Shown piece by piece: positions 21,622-32,322 of a stretch of DNA of 64,000 nucleotides. The position numbers and the translations under genes were made by a program. Below the pieces are notes generated by a model. The model was not told the origin of the DNA, made no database searches, and saw only the letters and a program-made list of their open reading frames with translations. The stretch covers positions 1 through 64,000 of the forward strand of contig CAWHVC010000005.1 in NCBI GenBank assembly GCA_963832745.1. Reading direction: 5' to 3'. The stretch comes from Candidatus Bathyarchaeota archaeon (GTDB lineage Archaea; Thermoproteota; Bathyarchaeia; Bathyarchaeales; Bathycorpusculaceae). Every line of letters starts with the position of its first letter. The stretch's first letter is position 1.

Positions 21622-22977
21622 CTAAAATGAATGCCAATCTTCGACAAGCAAAACAGGTTCGCCATGCTTTTCTTGTCCAATACGCCGCAATGGTTTAGTT
21701 AAATGCCTCTGCGACCGCGTTGAAGTCACATACAGCCCCAACTTAAGCTCACGTGACAAGGTAACTTGCTGCTTTTTAAGGCGAACAAATTTTTCGCCGC
21801 ACTGCTCGCAACGCAACCCCTGATTTTTGCCCATAGATTTTAAGCGTTTACTGCAGTTTGGGCAAAATGGGTTTTGCTGCACTACCTTTTCGGTTAGGGT
21901 TAGAACTGTTATTTTTTCAAGGTTTAATGTGATTGGCTTGTCTTTTGTTGCTTTATGCACTGCCCCCACAACCTCTATGCAGTCACCGACCATGAGTTCC
22001 CGAGCGGTTTTACGCAGATCACCAGTGGGTTCGTAAGCTGCACAATCAACCTCTCCAGAAGCGTCTTTTATGCTAAAAATAACGTGCCGCACAGGCACAA
22101 CCCGTGGAGTCCGGGAAACAACGCCCCGTACGATTACGGAACTGTAAGGTTCCAGCTTGTCAATTGAATCAACCCGGGTCAAATGTGCGTCAGTACCTTG
22201 GTTTGAACGGAAAATCATCCAACCCTCCACCGGCTCCAACGATTTAACAAGTCCATAAGCCTGCTTAACTACGTCGGCTGATTCGCCCCTGATGCCAAAC
22301 AAGATAGGGTCGGGTCCACGTGGAGTAATGATAACGCGTTGTTTCTCATAGTCGACGTTGTTGAAAACCTTAGGCTCTAAAGCCTTGTCCATGTTAAAGA
22401 TTGATTCTGGGTTGACACGGCGTTTTGTGCCCATATTCTCGGGGGTGCGGTAAGCGATGAGTTCGTAAGTGTAATCGCCAGTTAGGGTTTCGCCGATTGC
22501 GGCTAAAGAGCCGATTATACCTCTGCAGGTGTTGTAGCCTAACGCTTCAGCGCCTACGTGTTGAATTAGCTTGACCGCTTCTTTTAAGGTGACTATTTGG
22601 GTTTCTGCCCGTTTGGAAAACGCTGTCAACTCGTCTGGAATGTTTTGGCTTTTAAAAAATACAAGTCCAGGGTCGGTTCCTTTATTGTTAACCTGCGCCT
22701 GCTGTTCCCAAAGGTCCAAAGCCAACTGCTTAATCTCGTCTTCTAGGCTTGTTGGGTATTGAAAGCGTAGGCATAAGGCCCCGTTCCCACGGGTTTTCCA
22801 GGGCACGTTTGGGTTAAGCCGAATTAGGCTTGGGTAATCGGTAAATTGCACATGCATTTGGAGCAGTTTTTCGGCAAGAACCGCGGCAAGGTAAGTTGTG
22901 CAGCCGCCTTTGGTTGAGTCGGTATCGTCAATGCCAATATGCATCAGGGAAAGGTCAGTCAAGCACCCAAACTCCAC
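21622..22977 (-). CDS. tiaS: tRNA(Ile2) 2-agmatinylcytidine synthetase
   Basis: IGIDDTDS..GGCTT, RLNPNVPWKTRGNG, NQGTD, YEPTG, Zn ribbon, RHLTKP. Confidence 0.95.
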   Translation of the reverse strand: MEFGCLTDLSLMHIGIDDTDSTKGGCTTYLAAVLAEKLLQMHVQFTDYPSLIRLNPNVPWKTRGNGALCLRFQYPTSLEDEIKQLALDLWEQQAQVNNKGTDPGLVFFKSQNIPDELTAFSKRAETQIVTLKEAVKLIQHVGAEALGYNTCRGIIGSLAAIGETLTGDYTYELIAYRTPENMGTKRRVNPESIFNMDKALEPKVFNNVDYEKQRVIITPRGPDPILFGIRGESADVVKQAYGLVKSLEPVEGWMIFRSNQGTDAHLTRVDSIDKLEPYSSVIVRGVVSRTPRVVPVRHVIFSIKDASGEVDCAAYEPTGDLRKTARELMVGDCIEVVGAVHKATKDKPITLNLEKITVLTLTEKVVQQNPFCPNCSKRLKSMGKNQGLRCEQCGEKFVRLKKQQVTLSRELKLGLYVTSTRSQRHLTKPLRRIGQEKHGEPVLLVEDWHSF

Positions 22978-23064
22978 ACAAGTGTACGTTTAAGGTATGG
23001 AATGTAGGCTTATTAATAAAAAAGGTTGTTTAGCCAAACCTAAAAAAATGGGGCAAAGTGGGGG

Positions 23065-23361
23065 TTAAGCGTATAGTGGGTCTTCAAAAATCATGTTTGG
23101 CTCAATCTTTGGCATGTTCTCTTCAATAATCATTGTTAATTTAGAGTTGACTTTGCCGATTTTGTCAATATGAGTTGTAATTATTGTTTTTAGGGCTTCC
23201 ATGTCGGGGGCTTGCACGTTAGCAATTATGTCGTAAACACCCCACAGTGAATGGGCTTCTTGGACGCCGCTGATTTTTTTTAAAGAATTTAGTACATGTT
23301 TTTCGGCGCCTATCTCTGTTGTTAAAAGAATGTATGCTGTTGGCATCTTTTTTTTCTCCAA
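23065..23361 (-). CDS. Lrp/AsnC ligand-binding-domain-only protein
   Basis: AYILL..EIG, WGVYDII RAM domain, no HTH. Confidence 0.85.
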   Translation of the reverse strand: MEKKKMPTAYILLTTEIGAEKHVLNSLKKISGVQEAHSLWGVYDIIANVQAPDMEALKTIITTHIDKIGKVNSKLTMIIEENMPKIEPNMIFEDPLYA

Positions 23362-23387
23362 TACTTTTTGTTTTTTTGGTGGCGGCT

Positions 23388-23555
23388 TTAGAGGTCTGGA
23401 TGCTCTCTCGTGTTCAAGGGGAACGTTAAAAAGTTGGATGGGGTTCCATACCTCTGCCGCTCGCCTGCTGCTGCTAAAAACGTAGTACCTTCAACGGCGC
23501 TGCTACTATCCACCAATACTAGCATCTTTCTGGGAAAACCTGTTTTATTCTCCAT
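23388..23555 (-). CDS. 55-aa upstream ORF, not in ORF track
   Basis: GGTGA SD 6 nt before ATG; MENKTGFPRKMLVLVDSSS...REHPDL*. Confidence 0.4.
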   Translation of the reverse strand: MENKTGFPRKMLVLVDSSSAVEGTTFLAAAGERQRYGTPSNFLTFPLNTREHPDL

Positions 23556-23815
23556 GCTTTTTCACCGTTGATGTACACGCTTATTCGGTGGTAAAAAATT
23601 TAAAATTATGTGATTGCATCGATACAGTCACAAGTTAGCATTTAAATATTAATCGCTAAAACAGCAACCTAAGCGTTTATGGTGTTTCCGCACAAGGACA
23701 TTTATAAGTAGATTCTGCAAGAAAGAGTTTGGCAACGTGCAGAGTTAACTTTGTATTTGTAGAGAATTTAATTGCAAAAACGTTTTCTTCAAAAAATGAG
23801 AAATGTTTTTGGTTT

Positions 23816-24058
23816 TTAGTGGTCTTCAACTACTATCATTGTTAGTGTTGACCGCACTTTGTCAAGTCTTCGTATGCGCCAGGTCACGATTTCTTTAAGT
23901 TTATCCATCGTGTTTGCTTTTACTCGGGCTACAATGTCGTAGACGCCGTAAACTGCTGATGCTTCTTCTACGCCCTCAACTTGCTTTAGGTCCTTTAAAA
24001 CGTCGGATTCAGAACCAATTTCAGTGTTAATCAATACAAAGGCTGTGGGCATACTCAT
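23816..24058 (-). CDS. Lrp/AsnC ligand-binding-domain-only protein
   Basis: AFVLINTEIG, VYGVYDIV, VRSTLTMIV. Confidence 0.9.
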   Translation of the reverse strand: MSMPTAFVLINTEIGSESDVLKDLKQVEGVEEASAVYGVYDIVARVKANTMDKLKEIVTWRIRRLDKVRSTLTMIVVEDH

Positions 24059-24150
24059 TTCCCTTCAGAGTCTCCTACTAAAATAATGTAAAAGTTCACA
24101 TTAAAGCTTTTTCGTAGAACCCACTTAGCGAATGCACAAAAAAGGGTTCC

Positions 24151-25200
24151 TTAAGGCTGATTTGGCAGTAGACCAGTGTCTTTCTGCCGTGCCAATTTTA
24201 CGCCTGTCCACTGGAAAGCGCCGTAAGACACTATTAGCCTAAACCAAAGTGTTACAGCCCGCGTTAACAGGGTTACAGAAACGCTAAGCGCTGGGGGCAA
24301 GCCAAGGGCTGTAAAACTGGCACTCATGAAAACGTCAGTAAAAAGGCCAACTCCGACCGCCTGCAATGCGCCCGAAAGCGTATAAACAATAAGCACCGTG
24401 TCCACTGGAACGGGATAGCCTAAAGCAGTAAACACTAAAAACATCACGCCAATATCAAAAAGCCAACTCAAAACAGAGTATATTGAAGGCATAACAAGAG
24501 ATTTAGGTTTAGTCTTTAGCTGTTGTATGCCACTGTGGAAATTGCCAAGTACTTCAGCGGCTTGTTGCTGTAACCCTTCGGGGTTCCAGCTTTTACGTAA
24601 AAAATGGCCTACGCGGATGCCAAAACGTAGAAGCGAATCGGTGGCTTTGGGTTTGCTGCTTAGATAGTAAATGATAAACAGGGAAAGGGCTGAAAGCACC
24701 AAAAACGAGACAATTAAAGCCGCCGCCGAAAAGTCCAAGGCAGAGCTAAAAAGGACCAGTATCAAGCCCACGCTAAATGTGACCACTGTGATGGTCATGA
24801 CCATGATTTTTTGGCCTATAACTGATGCACCGATTTTTCCTGCATCTTCGCTGGAGGATTTGCTGAACAAGTAGGTTTTGGCTAAATCGCCTGACAAGCC
24901 TAACTGAGGGATAGTGGCGTCAAAAAAGAGGCCTACCCAAGTGAAAAGGTACGCGTTTTTTATGGTCATTTTCACGGTTAACGAGTTTAGCAGGCTATGC
25001 CAGACCATTGAAGAGAAAAAGATGCCGATTACGTAAGCAACAAACGCTGTGCCGTAAATGGCAAGGTTTGTCTGTGATATGGTTTTGATGAAGCTTTGAG
25101 GGTCAACAAAGAGGATGAAGTAAACTATGAATGCGACCAAGCCGAAGATTAAAAGCAGAAAAATCTTGTTAACTTGAAATGGCTTTTTTTGTGGATTCAT
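24151..25200 (-). CDS. Lysylphosphatidylglycerol-synthase-TM (UPF0104/flippase-like) membrane protein
   Basis: Multi-TM, W..LL, GLFFDATIP..SGD, LLTRAVTLW. Confidence 0.8.
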   Translation of the reverse strand: MNPQKKPFQVNKIFLLLIFGLVAFIVYFILFVDPQSFIKTISQTNLAIYGTAFVAYVIGIFFSSMVWHSLLNSLTVKMTIKNAYLFTWVGLFFDATIPQLGLSGDLAKTYLFSKSSSEDAGKIGASVIGQKIMVMTITVVTFSVGLILVLFSSALDFSAAALIVSFLVLSALSLFIIYYLSSKPKATDSLLRFGIRVGHFLRKSWNPEGLQQQAAEVLGNFHSGIQQLKTKPKSLVMPSIYSVLSWLFDIGVMFLVFTALGYPVPVDTVLIVYTLSGALQAVGVGLFTDVFMSASFTALGLPPALSVSVTLLTRAVTLWFRLIVSYGAFQWTGVKLARQKDTGLLPNQP

Positions 25201-25260
25201 TAAGTGCCCTGCAAACCATAACCAAAAATGGTGGGGTGTGCTTTTAAGCTTTCATACTTA

Positions 25261-25935
25261 TTATGGATTAGGGATAGTTGCGTTGTTCCTGTAGCCTCTG
25301 CTTTCCCAGAAACCCAAATAGCTGCTGTCGTTTGAAACTTCGATGGTTGTTATCCACTTTATCCATTTGTAGCCGTATTGGCTTTCAGCGACAAGTTGGA
25401 ATGGGAACCCGCGTTCAGGCGGCAGGGTTAAGTCGTTCATTTTGTAGGCCATTAAGATGTTATGGTCTTTAATGTAAGAGGCTGGTAGTGCGGTGGAGTA
25501 ACCGTCGTTAGCGTAGAAAATAATTGTTGTCGCGTTGGGGTCAGCACCCGCTTTGGCAAGCAGGTCCTGTACAAGGAAGCCTTCCCAAAGGATTTTTGCT
25601 GACCAGCCTTCAACGCAGTCTAAGGTTACAACTTTTTTGTAAGCTTGAAAATCGGCGAGCACTTCGTCATAGGTTAAGCTGAGAGTGTTGTTTACAAGTC
25701 CAGTTACGTTTAGACGGTATGTTTGGTTGTCAATGTATTGTGTGCCTGCGATGGCGTTGTTTCTTACGTTGCTAATGGAGGAGAGGTCTTCGCCTTGATA
25801 TTCCCGGATTTCGGCTGGGTAAAGGTTTTGAGGTTCATTAGTCTGCAGAATAAGCGCTACAAGACCCATAAGTACCAAACCAACCAGGGCTACCGAAATG
25901 ACGTAAATTAAAAGCTTTTTATAATTATATGACAT
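25261..25935 (-). CDS. Molybdopterin-dependent oxidoreductase (sulfite oxidase/MsrP-like), membrane anchored
   Basis: LDCVEGWS, ERGFPFQLV, YGYKWIKWI, GFWESRGY. Confidence 0.88.
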   Translation of the reverse strand: MSYNYKKLLIYVISVALVGLVLMGLVALILQTNEPQNLYPAEIREYQGEDLSSISNVRNNAIAGTQYIDNQTYRLNVTGLVNNTLSLTYDEVLADFQAYKKVVTLDCVEGWSAKILWEGFLVQDLLAKAGADPNATTIIFYANDGYSTALPASYIKDHNILMAYKMNDLTLPPERGFPFQLVAESQYGYKWIKWITTIEVSNDSSYLGFWESRGYRNNATIPNP

Positions 25936-26375
25936 GCGTCAATCCATTTGAAATAACCAAAAAAGCAAATATTATACTTATCTATCAAGGCAACAAAAAA
26001 CAATTGACAAACCAAAAGGATAGAGACACTATTTTGCGTTTAAAAGATTCAAATACACAAATTCGTTTAAAACGTTACTGCTTTTAGGTCGGCGCTGGTT
26101 TTCCAAATTATTGCCTTTTGAAAATTTAACAGATAATTTGCTCATACATTCTTCACTTTTCATACTACGACCATTCACGAAATATAACAGAATGTGACTA
26201 CAAAAAACAACAACAATTATTCTAATGAGTTTAAAAATTTACCATAATATAGCGTGCTCATATGCACCCCTTTTTTGGTTGGTTTTGACGATAGATTGCT
26301 TGAGGTTTCTGGATGGGCTATGTGAATGCCCGTTTGCGTTGCAGTCTTTTACGGTCTTTGCTTTAAAAAGTAAAT

Positions 26376-26513
26376 CAACCTATTAGGATCCAAATAGCAG
26401 TTCTATGCAAAAACCTATAGGAGTTTTAAACCCTAAAAGCCTTGCGTTTAAAACGTCAAAACCCCCAGAAATAACAAGCGTTCAAACCAACATTTCCCTA
26501 TAGAGGGTAGGTC
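26376..26513 (-). repeat. Dispersed repeat copy B (long form with ~70-bp internal segment)
   Basis: Reverse strand GACCTACCCTCTATAGGG...CTCCTATAGGTTTTTGCATAGAACTGCTATTTGGATCCTAATAGGTTG. Confidence 0.8.
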
Positions 26514-26681
26514 AAAACAGAGCCTAACCATAAAGCCCTAAAAAGCCTAAGAGGCAAAAGTCGCTATTGGCTGAAAAACACGTCAGCCAACATGTTGAAA
26601 AGCAGTAGTTAACCGCTTTTTAGCCTTGTTGTTGTCGAAAACCATTATCTACTGCATAATGGAATTGTCTTTGGGATTTGT

Positions 26682-27593
26682 ATGATAACAATTATTGGTG
26701 CAGGAAAAGTAGGTGCCGCAGCGGCGTTTGCCATTTTGCGTAGCAATATTAGCGATGTTACTTTGATTGATGTTTTTGAGGATTTAGCGCGGGGTGAAGC
26801 TATGGATTTGATGCAGGCAGCTCCGGAGATAAAGTTTGAAGGCAAAATCGTTGGTTCAGGTAATTTTGAGGACATGAAAGGCAGTGAACTTGTCATTGTC
26901 ACGGCTGGGCAAGGCAGAAAACCCGGCATGACACGCACAGACCTTTTGAACAACAACGCTAAAATCATCGCCGACATCACAAAACAAGTCGCCAAACACG
27001 CACCCGACGCTAAACTCATGATGGTAACAAACCCTGTAGACGCATTAACCTACGTCGCATACAAAACCACAGGTTTTGACCGAAGCCACGTTTTCGGCAT
27101 GGGCAACATCTTGGATGCCATGAGATTCCGCACATACCTCGCGCAGCAATGCGGCGTTTCAAGAGAAGACACACGCGCCTTAGTCATTGGTGAACACGGC
27201 GAAACAATGGTGCCACTGGTCGAGTATTCAGCCATTTCAGGCATCCCCATCACAAATCTCATGACCGAAGAACAAATATCCACAGCAGTTTGCCAAACAG
27301 TAACTTCTGGACAAGAAGTTATCGCGTTAAAAGGAGCAACCACTTTCGCCCCTTCAACAGTCATTGCATTAATGGCAGACGCAGTCCTTACAGGCAGAAA
27401 CAGGGTTTTAAGCGCAACAACACCACTTGAAGGCGAATATGGCCTTTCAGACTTATCCATCGGTGTACCAGTAATTCTTGGCAAAAACGGCATCGAAAAA
27501 ATCCTTGAACTAGACCTGTCAGCTGAATCTAAAGAACGCCTAGATTTATCTGCTCGAAACGTAAAAGCTGCGTTGTCAAATTTGCAGTTTTAG
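26682..27593 (+). CDS. mdh: Malate dehydrogenase (LDH-like)
   Basis: IIGAGKVG, RKPGMTR (Arg specificity), VTNPVD, GEHG. Confidence 0.92.
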   Translation: MITIIGAGKVGAAAAFAILRSNISDVTLIDVFEDLARGEAMDLMQAAPEIKFEGKIVGSGNFEDMKGSELVIVTAGQGRKPGMTRTDLLNNNAKIIADITKQVAKHAPDAKLMMVTNPVDALTYVAYKTTGFDRSHVFGMGNILDAMRFRTYLAQQCGVSREDTRALVIGEHGETMVPLVEYSAISGIPITNLMTEEQISTAVCQTVTSGQEVIALKGATTFAPSTVIALMADAVLTGRNRVLSATTPLEGEYGLSDLSIGVPVILGKNGIEKILELDLSAESKERLDLSARNVKAALSNLQF

Positions 27594-27772
27594 ACTTTAC
27601 GTCTGGAACAGTAAAAGTTCCCGTTTATTTTTACAAACGCGGGGCATTTTCCACCGTCACAATGGTTTAACCATTGACAGGGTGAACGGACCTCGTAGAC
27701 TCTGCGTAATGATTCACGTGGCAAAGAAATATTATGGTTATGTGGACTAATCTCGTCTAAAATAGTTCCCAT
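27590..27772 (-). CDS. Small Cys-rich hypothetical protein
   Basis: GAGGTG SD; C-x5-C-x4-C-x11-C pattern. Confidence 0.45.
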   Translation of the reverse strand: MGTILDEISPHNHNISLPRESLRRVYEVRSPCQWLNHCDGGKCPAFVKINGNFYCSRRKV

Positions 27773-27874
27773 ACAAAAAACACCTCAAAAACTCTCGCTG
27801 AATTTAAAACAACTTTACCAAAACAAGTTAATTAAAATGTGTTACAGACCCTAAACAACAACAAAGGCATATAA

Positions 27875-28894
<1,020 letters not shown>

Positions 28895-28899
28895 AGCAT

Positions 28900-31113
28900 T
28901 TAAGTCGAGTTAAACCGGTCAAAAGTTCCCAACATACTCATTGAACCGCACGTGGGACATTTATGCAGTGTTCCAAACCAGCTTTTCTTGCAGTTACGGC
29001 AATAAGTAACCACACGGTTGTAAGTGAAAAACTCCAGCGGTTGATGAGACTCAACAAGACGCCGAGTTAAATCTAAAAGAACTTCAGGCGCCACATCAAA
29101 AGCATCCAACTCAACAACACTTAACGAGCCACCCGCAGCTAGCCCAGACAGTTTCTGAGCAAACTCTAACGCTTCAGTTCGTACAGTCAACGGGTCAACT
29201 TTAAGTTTTAACCGTTTAGAAGTAGAGTAAAACGGTTTATCACGGGTTCCAGAAAACTTAACTTTCGCAATCCCGTACTTTTCAATGTCAAGCTGAGCCA
29301 ACCGTTCAGAGGCTTCAGTACGGCACAGGAATACGGGGTAAAGACGTTTACCGTGTCTTCGACCAATTTTGTGCCTGAAAATAGAAATATTCTGAATTAT
29401 TTCATCCACAAACGCTTGACTATCCGGATCGTTTATGCTTTTTGCAGTGAATGCTTCAACAGCTTCCACAAGACCCGCAAAATTGATAATTCTTGAACAG
29501 TTCTCAAGCCTAAAGTAAGCGTCACCATATACACTTTTAAGTAAAAACGGCAAAGAATTTTTCCCAAACTGCTTAATAGTACTGTACTTTATACCCAACG
29601 CTCGCGCAGCTAACTCATAACGTTCCTTAAGCAGGTCAAAAAACTTGTTTTTGTCACCTTCAGATTCCAAAGTGATACGGGGCAGGTTTATGGTTACGTA
29701 TCCTAAGCAGCCCGTGCGTAACGTGTCAGTTTCCCAGTCACCAGTTAAGTCGGATGCAAGCTTGGACCCTGAAGATGAAAAAACCGCAGGCACATTTTCT
29801 TTTTCCGTGGGGTTGGCAAAGTAAAGCATTCCTTGCTGAGAAGCTAAGATGTGGGCGTTTAGGAGCAAATCTTTTGTGTTTTCGTCGTTTAAAACTTCGG
29901 GACTAATTTTTATTACGAATTGTGGATTCATTAACGGTTTATCCAGGGTAATTTCGCTGTAAACTTGAAGAATTAAACCAGCAAGACGGCGAGTTTCTTC
30001 TGCGTAATCGCAGTATTTGCTGTTGGGTTGCCCGTTTGGTCCCACGGCAAGTTTTTCTCCAAGCATTTTAGGAACCAAAAACTCTAGCCCAAAAGTAACC
30101 GGCACATGCTGATTTATATTTAAAATAAACAAACGCAATGTTTCCTTAATTGTGGCGTCGTCAACTCCAACCGCATAAGGAGCCAAAAATACGTTGAAAT
30201 AGCTAAAGATTTGCTGATTACTTGTTTCACGGTCAGAATGCAAAAGCACGTTAAAGGCTACAGTCAAGGCTGATTCTAAACTCTGCGGTGGTTCAAGTGA
30301 AACCTGAGAAATATCATCTAGTTTAAGACCATTTAAGAAAAAGAAGCGCATGTCATGAACTACTTCGCCTGGTTTAAGGATCCATGTGCCTAAATCTTCA
30401 ATATGCATTATACCTGAAAGATGTGCGTCAGCAATATCTCTGGGAAAAATGTTCAACAACGTATATTCGCCAAGAACGTTTTGTCCAGCTTTGGAAATTA
30501 AGTCTTGAGCGTCTAAACTACGGTCTTTAGCTTCAATTAAAGCGGTTACTTCATGAATAGGCATACCTACACGTGTCAGTTTATGGCGGTAATCTTCAAA
30601 ACCTTTCTCAACCAATATGCCGTTTACCACTTCACGAATCAACGAAGCCGTAAGATACTTGGTTTTTGATTTAAGAAGACGTTTTTCCGCTTCTTTGGCG
30701 GCTTTCTGGGCAAGCTCGGGAGGCACTTTTGCCTCTTTAATTAATGAATTAGCTATTTTGTTGGTGTCAAATTCTTCCAAAGTAAAATGGGAAGTGCGAA
30801 CAAGCATCCCCTTTGGAGTGAAAGCCTTTTTTTCTACACGGTCAGCGATATCAAGAACCATCTTGCCAAGGTCAGTGAGAAAATATTTTTTTGCTTCAAC
30901 ATCTGCTTCCACCAAATCGGCTTTGAGCAGGAATTTGAGGTGATATGCAAAGCGGCCAGCATCTCGACTGGGATTCATTTTAAGACTGTTCATCAACTCT
31001 GTGTAGGAGAGTGCGCCTTTGTCGAAGAGCAGATTTAGGATTTGTAGCCTGAGGGGTGAAGAAACTGCTTTTAGAACTTTGACGCCTCGTGCGCGGTGTG
31101 GAAGAGTAACCAT
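28900..31113 (-). CDS. ArsR-like wHTH + ATP-cone + class III ribonucleotide reductase-like fusion, catalytic residues missing
   Basis: wHTH aa ~10-90, ATP cone ~100-175, AHLSG..HI.DL, VTINLPR, C-terminal CxxC/CPxC; no RxxGY radical loop. Confidence 0.85.
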   Translation of the reverse strand: MVTLPHRARGVKVLKAVSSPLRLQILNLLFDKGALSYTELMNSLKMNPSRDAGRFAYHLKFLLKADLVEADVEAKKYFLTDLGKMVLDIADRVEKKAFTPKGMLVRTSHFTLEEFDTNKIANSLIKEAKVPPELAQKAAKEAEKRLLKSKTKYLTASLIREVVNGILVEKGFEDYRHKLTRVGMPIHEVTALIEAKDRSLDAQDLISKAGQNVLGEYTLLNIFPRDIADAHLSGIMHIEDLGTWILKPGEVVHDMRFFFLNGLKLDDISQVSLEPPQSLESALTVAFNVLLHSDRETSNQQIFSYFNVFLAPYAVGVDDATIKETLRLFILNINQHVPVTFGLEFLVPKMLGEKLAVGPNGQPNSKYCDYAEETRRLAGLILQVYSEITLDKPLMNPQFVIKISPEVLNDENTKDLLLNAHILASQQGMLYFANPTEKENVPAVFSSSGSKLASDLTGDWETDTLRTGCLGYVTINLPRITLESEGDKNKFFDLLKERYELAARALGIKYSTIKQFGKNSLPFLLKSVYGDAYFRLENCSRIINFAGLVEAVEAFTAKSINDPDSQAFVDEIIQNISIFRHKIGRRHGKRLYPVFLCRTEASERLAQLDIEKYGIAKVKFSGTRDKPFYSTSKRLKLKVDPLTVRTEALEFAQKLSGLAAGGSLSVVELDAFDVAPEVLLDLTRRLVESHQPLEFFTYNRVVTYCRNCKKSWFGTLHKCPTCGSMSMLGTFDRFNST

Positions 31114-31577
31114 GCCGTTTTTTCCCTCAGCCTTGTTATTGATGCTTTACCCTATAAGTGTAGTGCGGAGTTTAAACTTAGTTAAGGTCATATTTATATA
31201 AACTCTAAATCCTGGAAAGAAGCTAAAATGTCAGTTACTTTTTACGGTTAAAAAAGGACTAGTAGAACATATAATCAAATAATCACAAGATTAAACCGGT
31301 GTAAAGAACCATTAAGGGGAAGTCAATTTATGGTTGCTACTGGGTATCTGTCAGTTTCAGACTTTGCGGTTGTCTGAGGTTAACTGGCGATACTATTTGT
31401 TGAGAAAAAAAGTTAATTTTTATTTTTTTTAGGTTGATTGGACGTTTTTTCTTTTTGAATTGTATATTTGTTGTTCGGGTAGGCAACTTTAAGTTTTTTT
31501 AAAAAAGTTTATTAATTCTTAAGACTTGATTCTCGAGTAAGCAAGTAAGGGGGATAAAAAAAATCAAAATACCAAAA

Positions 31578-32087
31578 ATGTCTGCAACAATAATCGCAGT
31601 AATTGTGGTAGGCATAATGCTCACAACCGTAACAACAGCACTTTTAACAAGCAGCCAAAAAATAATACCGACAGACGGAACGGTAACACCGACTCCGACA
31701 CCAACACCAACCAGCACACCAATAACACCGCCACCACCAACACCCACACCACCCGAAGAAACTGTAGAAATAAACGTCTACTCTGACGACGCATGCACGC
31801 ATGAATACAGCAGTATCACATGGGACGCAGTAGCGCCTGGAGGGAGCACAACTAAAACAGTTTACATAAAGAACGAAGGCACAGAAACCGTTACACTACA
31901 CTTGGCAACATCGAACCTGTTACCCGCTGAAGCAGACGGAAAAATAGATGTAACATGGAACAGAGAGGAACAAACCTTGACTTCCGGCGAAAGCATCAGT
32001 GCTGTATTGACACTTAGTGTTGACGCATCGTTAAGCGGAGTTACAAGCTTCAGCATTGACGTAACAATTGAAGGATCAGTAACGTAA
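31578..32087 (+). CDS. Secreted/membrane-anchored protein with Pro-Thr linker and beta-rich (Ig-like) domain
   Basis: N-terminal hydrophobic helix, PTPTP linker, VYIKNEG..V.L.L. Confidence 0.7.
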   Translation: MSATIIAVIVVGIMLTTVTTALLTSSQKIIPTDGTVTPTPTPTPTSTPITPPPPTPTPPEETVEINVYSDDACTHEYSSITWDAVAPGGSTTKTVYIKNEGTETVTLHLATSNLLPAEADGKIDVTWNREEQTLTSGESISAVLTLSVDASLSGVTSFSIDVTIEGSVT

Positions 32088-32112
32088 AAACAAACATATC
32101 CTTTCTTATTTT

Positions 32113-32322
32113 TTAAAAAACCTGCGCTACATGCATAACAACAGTTACAGCAAAAGCTAACCCACAACCTATAGCTATCCAACGCAGAAGATTCTTATCA
32201 ATACTGAATTTCTCATCATATTCAGGCGAATAAGCTAACAGTTCAGAAGTAGCCAAGAGAATAATAGACATAGCAGCAAGCCACAAACTTAAGTCATACA
32301 AAGACAAAGGAAAAACCATCAA
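32113..32322 (-). CDS. Small 2-TM membrane protein
   Basis: Hydrophobic, translationally coupled to the upstream gene. Confidence 0.7.
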   Translation of the reverse strand: MMVFPLSLYDLSLWLAAMSIILLATSELLAYSPEYDEKFSIDKNLLRWIAIGCGLAFAVTVVMHVAQVF

